Shown here: one piece after another, positions 11,901 through 21,640 of the stretch
Layout of the letters: each line of letters opens with the position of its first letter
How positions within the stretch are numbered: position 1 is the first letter of the stretch
NCBI GenBank assembly: GCA_012295275.1
Contig: CM022670.1
Location: 34,410,001-34,474,000, forward strand
Source of the DNA: Chrysomallon squamiferum
Taxonomy: Eukaryota; Animalia; Mollusca
Direction: 5' to 3'
DNA: 64,000 nucleotides
Translations under genes and position numbers: made by a program
Notes under the pieces: model-generated
Databases searched by the model: none
What the model saw: the letters and a program-made list of their open reading frames with translations, nothing else
What the model was told of the DNA's origin: nothing

Positions 11901-14900
11901 ACAGAGTTTACTGATAGGTGTTGTTACTTAATCTAAACTAGATTAATTGAAAAATCGTGATTGAGAATTTTTGAAATCTCAGCAGAATTGTTGTATGTTT
12001 TTGGTTTTGTTTGTGTAATTTCTTTTCTTTTAGTAGATAACGTTTTTCCCTTGATGGTTTTCTAAATGGTTCATTTTTTTTTTTTTTTCAAGCAAAATGT
12101 TTTTTTTTTTTTTCCCTTTATTTTATATTTTTTTTTTTTTTTTTTATTTTTTTTTTTATCATTATTTTTTTATATATATATATTCTATTCTATTTCAAAA
12201 ATATTCACTAGATATGACAAAATATATTATCATTAACATTCTCTAATAGTCATATTTCCAACTATTGTTCTGATTGTGTATCAAAGACTGTGGTATGTGC
12301 TGATTTGTCAGATGAAATACATAAACTATTTTTGCTGTAGAAAATCATCAACTAAACAATAAATCATTAAACTGTTAAACAAATATTTATTTCTTTTGCC
12401 TTGCTCTGCTTTTCATTTGACACAAACATATACATATTTTTCTCTCATGAAAATCTTTTCAGTTTCTGCATAAGCTTCAGGAGTGGCTGTGAAAGCAGCT
12501 GTTACAATTATAACATGTAGATATTTATTAGCAGATACTTGGAGGAAAAAAATCAAAAGGAAAAAAAAAAAAAAAAAAAACCTAAACAATATTTGCTTAA
12601 AGGACAACAATTTAGCATATGTAGATGTAAACCGAAGCCATGAGAAATTAACCAAATCCCATGAGTATTTGTTTGACTTTTTACTATGATGTTTTTTCCT
12701 GCCCTTTTTTTTTTTTCTCTCAACCAGATAGTGTTTCCTTCTCAAGGGAATTGATAAAAGTGGGAAAATTAATAATTAGTCTACACTGACCCAGCATGCG
12801 GTCTGACTTGTTGCAAGATGTGAGTTCACACAGGTGACAGGATCCGACTGGCTGGGTGGGGGGGGGTGTTCCTGCTAGCAGCTTTACAAATCTCTCACTT
12901 AGTGCCGGTGGTGAGAATAAAATAATTTTACAAATTGTCCAATTTGTTTCCTTTGGGATTTGCAGTGTTGTTTTTCTATGAGAGAGGTGGGGGTGGGATT
13001 GGTAGATGGTTTTTTACGTTTTCTTGTTCTAAGAATTCAGTATGTTGTAAAGATAAGCTGACAAATTAAAGTGGTTAAAGATTTTGTATTGTCATGGGGG
13101 AATGGAGGGGAGAGGGATAGGAGAAAGGGGGGTGGAGATGAAGGTGTGAGAGATTATGTGAGAAATTGGTTTTAATGTATCTGAGTAGTGAATGAGGGTG
13201 AGAGAAAGAAAGAGAAATGGAGAAGGAGGATGAAAGAAACCTATGTTTTAATAATACAGTGAGTGATTGAGTGAATGACTGAATAAATGAAGGAGAAATA
13301 CGAGAGAAAGAAGAGGAAGGAGGGAAGGGGAGAGAAGAGAATATATGAGAAATGGATGAATGATTATACATTCAATTAGTGTATGAGAAGGGGGGAGAAA
13401 AAGAGAGAAAGGTTTCAAGATTGAAAGACAGAGACAAAAAAAAATCTAATTGTATAAAAGTTGTTGCTTAAAAAAAAATGTCTTGACATCTGAAGATATT
13501 GGATTTAAACTGGTTTGGACAAAAAAAACTTTAACTTTTCAACATAATGTCTCTGCAGGATGCAGTCTGGGATTTGTTTTGTGGTTTTTTATGTTCATGT
13601 TAATTTTCCTGCCACAGCTTGTGTTTTGAAATTTTAAGCATGAACAAGATTCCATGTTAATTGTTGATGTTAGGGAAAAAATGGGTAAAATCAGTCAGAA
13701 TGAGTGGCAGTGTAAATTATTAGTTTGAGCCAAACTGAGACTTTTGTAGAAAATACATAGACAAGATTATCTTTGTCAGTCACAGTTCACTGATTAGTAT
13801 GAGACAGTACATATTTTTTCAAGTTTTTTATTTCATTTTTATTTTTCAGAAAAATAATGTTGAACAAAAAAAATTAAAAAATTAAAAAAACAAAATAATA
13901 ATTATAATAATAATAATAATAATACTGGGTATTCTTACAATACTTACTTTACAATATGAACCAACGCAGAAAAAATATTCGTTTAAAGCATTTAATAAAA
14001 CAATGTAATTTATCTTTCAGTGTATAACACAAACACACAAACACACACACACTTAATTTACAAGAGTTTACTTTTTATTTATAAATGGTAAAACCCAATG
14101 CCATGCAGCTGTAAATAAAATGTGTTGAATGCATTATTAAATAAAATATTTCCTTTACTTTTGTTTTTATAATGTCAAAAATACATGCAACAAAGTTTCA
14201 TTCTCAAAATAACCATTTGAAACCACTTCATAAAATATTACTGTTACCCTTTCAATTAATAATTATATTTAAAATCTACAAATATTCTTTATTATTATAT
14301 TAAAAAATTACTAAAATTTTTGAATTTTGTTATTTTAGGGAGAGCTGCCATGCGACTCAGATTCTGTTGTGTTACCGAGAGTGGGCCATGGTGGATGAGA
14401 ATCGTCGAAACCCGACTGTGCTGCAGTCTGACAGCTACTTCCAGCTACCCGAGTGTTCCAGTCTGCCCAGCAAGTACAACAGCAGCTGCACAGAGGCTGA
14501 GATATTCGAGAGAGAGCCACACGAAGTCACAAGTACGTGTTTCAATAACGAAGTAAATTGTGTAAATGTGATTGTGGGAACCTCATCCTTGTGTTTGACT
14601 GATAATTGTTTTAATATTTATAATAAGATGAAAAGAATTTACCAAAATTTGTCTGTTTTGTGTGTGTGTGTGTAGGTTAATATACTTAACAAAACAGAAA
14701 CAGACATTCATATTTGTCTTCTGTTATTAATGTACACACATTTCCAAACAATATTTTTTTAATACATTTTATTCATTCAGTAAGTTATACAAGATCTTAT
14801 TCTGAACATCTTTTTCTTCTGAAAATCTCACCTCTAAATGTATATGTGTATAATTCAGCAAGCCCATCACCTCATATAAAACTATTTTTCAAAAAATAAC

Positions 14901-17900
14901 ATGGCTTAGATGGGATTTTAGCAAGCACCAAGGTGTTACATAATTGACTGTCTTAATAATTAGGAGATGTACTGCATAGTTAAAATAATTGTAAATGGGG
15001 TGCATCTAATTTCTTCCTCCCTGCATTACTTACCAGGTATGTAAGTTCATTTATTCTAAGTAGATAATTAGATGTGTATTTAGGAAATAACTGCATCACT
15101 GTTTTATTTCCTAGTATGAAAATGAAGGTGTGTATCTCTATCTATCTATCTGTCTGTCTGTTGGTGGTGAAAATAGTTTGCCTGTTTTAAATTCATAAAC
15201 TCGCATAAAAAAAAAAAACTTTAAAAAAAAACTATTTTGTATATGTCTATAGAAGCCATTAATTAAGCTGCAGTAATTAAATTACTTCAAAAATTAATTT
15301 TTACTAAACTTCTGAGAATGTTTAGTAAACATAACTGAGAAAATATGCATAATTCTAAAAAAAAAAAACTGGCCATTTTCAAATACACAGTTGGCTGTAC
15401 TACAGTATGTACAAAAATCTTCTCTTCATAAAAACTGTTTTGAGAAAGAAAGAAAAAAATAAATATCTCCAAATCTTTAGTAAAAACATAATCTCTTATA
15501 ATAAACAACCAGGCTTTATTAGAAATTCTTCATAAACATCAACAATCTGTTTCCACACGCTAATCACAGCAAAGACGAAACCTGAATAGCATTCTAATTG
15601 ATGTGTTTACTGGGCTAGATAGGGGTATTAATACCACAGTGTTGTTATGAAGGTTCCAGCATGTACAGATAATGCCTGATGTTAATCTGTAAACAGATAC
15701 ATGGGAGTGGAAATAACAGGGCCATCCATTAACACAAATGAGACTTCAGTTTACTTAATTTGTTGCAGTTAACCCCAACACACACTGGCATGTACCTAGA
15801 TTAGACCTATCTCTCCTGTCAGGATCAGTAGCTGATAGTTCTGACCAGCAAGTCTTCTTCTCTTCCTCTCTGAAATAATCAGCAGTTGCTGTTAATTAAA
15901 TAACCTGTCAGTGAAATATGTTGATGACCACACGAATAAAATGATAGCCAATGTAAAAAGGTGGCTGTGTTTGTAAGGGGAGATAACTCTAATAGCATAT
16001 CTATAAAGGGAGATGGGGACTAAAGTTTGGTGTAAATTGCTGAATAAATAACCTGTCAATGAAATATGTTGATGACCCCTGAAATATGGAGATTTCCAAC
16101 ACACAAGTGATTCTGTCGTTGGGGGAGATAACTCTTGAGGCTTGCTGCAGAAGATATGGTTGTAATCCTCAAGGAGAATGCAGAATAAAGTCTGGTCTAA
16201 ACTGATAAATGAATAACCTCTCACAGAAGTATGTTGATGATCACTGGATTATAAAGATAACAACCCCATAAGATGATTCTGTATCTGGGGAAGATAACTC
16301 TTGAGTCATGTTTGTATCACACCTAATGGTGGAAATGCAGATACGTAGATTTGGTGTAAACTGATAACTAAATAACCCCTCACAGAAATACGCTAATAAC
16401 TACAGGAACATTTCAGCAAGAAACACAGACCAGAGGAATCCAATTAATTAAGGAAAATAGCTCTGGTTTTATAACACTGAAACTTAGAAGACCACACAGA
16501 ATAAGGTCTAATGCCAATCTTTCACTGATCTGACCTTAGCTACAAGTTTGGATGTTTGATTCAAATCAGAATCTTTGCTTACAGTAAATGTACAGAATGT
16601 ATGGAGATGATTTATAACAGAGTAAAAGTTTAGTAAATAATCAATGAACCAACCTCTTATTAAAAATTTGTTGATAATCAGATAAGATAATCATTATAAT
16701 ATTAATCTGTTTATAAATTTTTATTGAAGGTCATTCATGGGTGAAATACACAAAGTAATATGTCTATGATCTTTATATTATTACAAAATCATTTTAGTAT
16801 GAAGATTTTCAAAAATTCTGCAGTGAAAATTATTTATGCATATAACATTTCATTTAAATTATTGTTTAACCTGTCAAAGAAATATGATAGTGACCATGTC
16901 CACAAAAATATTTTTGTGTTGAGATTCTGAGAAGTATTTTTGAATTGAGATTCTCAGAAGTATTTTTGAATTGAGATTCTCAGAAGTATTTTTGTGTTGA
17001 GATTCTCAGAAGTATTTTTGTGTTGAGATTCTCAGAAGTATTTGTGTTGATATTCTCAGAAGTATTTTTGTGTTGATATTCTCAGAAGTATTTTTGAGTT
17101 AAGACTCACAGAAATATTTGAATACTGAGGTTCTCGGAAGTGTTTTTGAGTTAAGACTCACAGAAATATTTGAATGCTGATGTTCTCGGAAGTGTTTTTG
17201 AGTTACGACTCACAGAAATATTTGAATACTGAGGTTCTCTGAAGTGTTTTTGAGTTACGACTCACAGAAATATTTGAATGCTGATGTTCTCGGAAGTGTT
17301 TTTGAGTTACGACTCACAGAAATATTTGAATACTGAGGTTCTCTGAAGGTGTGTCAGTCAGTCAGTCACAAGGGATGGTAGTCTGTGGATGGCTGCAAGA
17401 ACACTGTGGACTTTGGTTATTCACAAAACAAAGTTTCAGCTATCACCTGACCTTGCTGTGTTTTGTCAGTGTTTGGTGATAAGATGAAGCGAGGAGAACT
17501 TCCAGCTTCCTCTCTGATAGCAGAACAAGTGACTCATATTGCCACTGATGGCACTAAATTATGGACTAATGATTCAGTTCGCTGGTTTCGTCTTTGATGT
17601 CTTTCTAACCTTATCTGACTGACTTGACATGCAATCTCCTCTAATCTTGGTTAAGAGAGAAAAGTAGAAATGAGTTTAATTATCATTTTTTGCCACTTTG
17701 TAAAGATTGATTTGACTCCAATGAGCCGTGTAGTGTTGAGGTCAGAGTGGATGTTTTGGGAAATTGTAAAATTAAAATTGTCTTTTTTTGTGGTTGGTAA
17801 TAGTAAGCACTGGGTTTTGTCTTCATGCAAGGAGCTTTTTTTAACATTTGACGTTAATATAAACATAGTCATCTGTTTTAAAACAAACAGAAAATAAAGA

Positions 17901-20900
17901 TTTCTGATTAAAAAGTGTATTATCTTAATGATTTAACGTAAATACTTTTTATTCTTTTTTTTTTTTAAATTTTAACTGTGATAATTATCTCATATTTCTC
18001 AACAATAAAAATAAATTTGGACATGAACAGATAAAGTTTCAAGTAATCTAAAGATAAAAAATAATAATAATTAAAAAAAGCAATCTTTGTTTCATTTGTT
18101 GTAAAATACTGGGTTTTTTTGTGTTTTTGTTTTTACTCTTGGCCATGTGTGCTGGGAATCTGTGATAAATAAACCATTGAAAGGAAATAAAAGGCAGTAA
18201 AAAGGTGAACATTTGAAAAAGTTCTCTCCATTGAGATAAGCATAAGATACAGCAGATATGTCAAGCATAAAAATGTTAGCTTATAAAAGCCATGAAGAAA
18301 TCCACAACTACAAAAACAAAAAAAGTAAAAAAAAAAAGTTTTGTAAACCTTTGCTGAATAATTACATGTATTTTCTGCCAAGCACTTGATAATTTATTTA
18401 TTAGTCTAAATGAAATACAAAATATAATAGTGGTTTTTTTTACAAACTAGTTATTATGAAGGAATCATCTAATTTGAATGAAGCCATTTTAGGAGGAAGT
18501 GTCTTCTAATCAAAATGTATTTTAATTAACAATTAATTTTCATGATCATTATTATTTCATTTGTTTACCAGACAGAAAGACTGATTCTAAAATACTACCA
18601 TTTTTAATTTATTTGTTACATTTGTTTTTTTTTTTTATTTTTTTTTATTTTAATTTTATTTAATTTTATTTATTTATCTATTTATTTATTTATCTTTATT
18701 TATTTTTTTATTTATTTATTTATTTATTTATTTATTATTTTTTTTTTATTATTTATTTATTACTTTATAAATCTTGTTCAGCTTTATCAGCAGCAGTGTC
18801 CATTATGATGTGAACAGTGGTCAGTGGACTCAGTTATCAGAGAGCCAGGTGTTGTTGCAGGCAGAACTGTGGAGATAGCTACAAATAGTCTGTTCTTTAT
18901 TAGCAGCTACAGCTATCTGTGTGTAACAACATAATGGGGCCATTCTTAAAGGTGATGCCAAACACACTGTTACTTGTATGCCAGCTCAGCATCCCTCTCT
19001 TGTTTTATGGTTCTGTGAATACTGCTGGGTGGCCAGTCATTATGGTACTGGCATCATAAAAGCTCTTTAATTCCTGGTTTTAATAGCTCCATTCCATGCT
19101 GTACGATGTTCAGTACTGAAAACATTACATATTTTAATTCTTTGTTGAACGTAGCAGTTTTCAGATTATTGTATTCTGATTTTAAAAAATAATAATTATT
19201 ATTATTTTGATCATTTAATTCATATACCATTGTTTTACACCCACAACCAATCTAAAAACATTTGTGTGTGTGGGTGGCAAGTCTGTGCTGGATTGTTGCC
19301 AAACATTTCATCATTCATACATTCAGTCTTCAGGAAAGAATTATTCTTTAATTTCCTAATGACAAGACTCAGTTATAGAATGTACAGAGTTTAATCTTTA
19401 ACTTTTGAAGATTTCTGGGTTATTAAGGAGTCAAATTTGTATGTTCATTCTTCATTGTGTGAGAGGTTTATTGCTTAAATTTCAAATGATAAAAATTATG
19501 CTTAATATATTTATAGATATTATAATAAATGTACAGTGTTCTTTCAGGAAAAAAAAATATTTATTTAAATTTGTTTTTTCTTTTTTATTTTTCAATTCTT
19601 GGCTTTTAAAGGGACCAATTTGTAATGTACATCCTTCACTACACTAAAGGTTTTAAATTCAAATTATAAAAATCACACTATATAATGTAAAATGTTTATT
19701 CAGTAAAACATTTCTTGTTTCAATTGCTAGCTTTAAGAGGGGCCAATTTGTTCCATACATCCTTTGCCACACAGAAGCTCTCAAATTCAAATTATAACAG
19801 TAACACTGTATCATGTAAAATGTTCGTTCTGTAAAAGATTCCTGGTTTTAAATGCTGTAATAAGAGTGTATTACATGCTTAACCATGAAGGAGCCAAATG
19901 AGTGAAGTGCTGTGAGGTTGTTACTTTTCCACTTGTCAAAACTCATAAAAAATCTCTGCAAGTGTGAAGTTCAGTGTGTGTTTTGTACATTACACAAAGA
20001 ACTTCACCACTAAACACACACTTACATACACAAAGAACTTCACCACTAAACACACACTTACACACACAAAGAACTTCACCACTAAACACACACTTACACA
20101 TACAAAGAACTTCACCACTAAACACACACTTACACACACAAAGAACTTCACCACTAAACACACACTTACACACACAAAGAATACAAAGAACTTCACCACT
20201 AAACACACACTTCAAAGAACTTTTACACACACACAAAGAAAACACTAAACACACACTTACACATCAAAGAAACCCTGATTTACAAAGAACTTCACCACTG
20301 AACACACACTTACACGTACAAAGAACTTCACCACTGAACACACACTTACACATACAAAGAACGGTCTCACGTCATTTACTGAAATCTCTAAACCCTGATT
20401 TGCTTCAGTAAAGTGAAATAATAATCAGTAGAACAGTGTTTTGTTTGTGATGGTGAACAGAGCACATGGGATGCAAAGATGCACAGAACAGAGAAGTATC
20501 TGTGAAAAAAAAAAAACAGCCTGTTTGTGTATGTAAAACCATTATTAATTATCATTGTGTTTAGATATAACAGTCGAGAAAGGCTTCTTGATACAAATGT
20601 TTAGGACATTTATTAATGAGTAATGATACAGAAGTAAATATTTAGCTATGAGAATGAAATCAACAGATGATATATCAAATGTACAAACATTTTGTGTTTA
20701 TACTGCAGGCAAAGCATAATAAAATCAAATGTATTTGCTGAATGTATTAGAAAATCCTCTTAAATACTTGCCTACCTACCTAATTTCTTAAACACACACA
20801 AGCACAAATATCTCTCACTTTTTATTCTCAGGTAATATACTTTTCTTAACAGACTGTAATGCCGTGTTTAAGTTTTTATAATTCAGTTAAAAATTACAAT

Positions 20901-21477
20901 CATAATTATCCATGGATGTGAAGAATTTTCTGCCTATGTATCAGTTTACAAGTTTGGTGTATTTATAAGTTTTACTCTGTTGAATGTAATTATGTATGAA
21001 CATTCTCCAGTTTGCACTGAGTTTAACTTCATATTTACAAAAATGAGCAAGTGCAACAAACATACATGCAACATATGTTTCCAACAAATGCATGTGTCTT
21101 TCATTTCATTTGTTTTTTTTATCACTGGTTGAGGATAAATTTCCTCCCTACTGATAAATTGGTTGTTTAGTGTTAGAATTAAAGGAAACCAGCAGCTTTC
21201 ATGTCACTTTTTTAGCGAGTTTTCCCCTCAGTCAATTTAATTCCTTGGTTTTTTTGTGAGAGGCAACTATTTTATCTCTTAAAAACCCATCTTGTATAAA
21301 CGTCTTTGGTTTCACCCTGTTGTAAGCATATCAAGAGCTTTTTGTTTGTTAATGCCACTTCTAGGTAAATTAGTTTTGAATTAAGAGTTTAATAAACAAA
21401 AAGTTTGATACAGTTACATAGATAGTTGTCACAAGTATAGATATACATCATTCATATATTCATACATTCAAACATAC

Positions 21478-21521
<44 letters not shown>

Positions 21522-21587
21522 TGTATGTATGTATGTATGTATTTACACACACACACACAAACACACACACATATACATAACATAAAT

Positions 21588-21640
<53 letters not shown>

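Noticed and set aside
16911-20361. Regularly spaced 26-52-bp and 36-bp repeats superficially like CRISPR arrays
   Set aside because: They are head-to-tail tandem units with no unique spacers, there are no cas genes, and the context is a eukaryotic intron.
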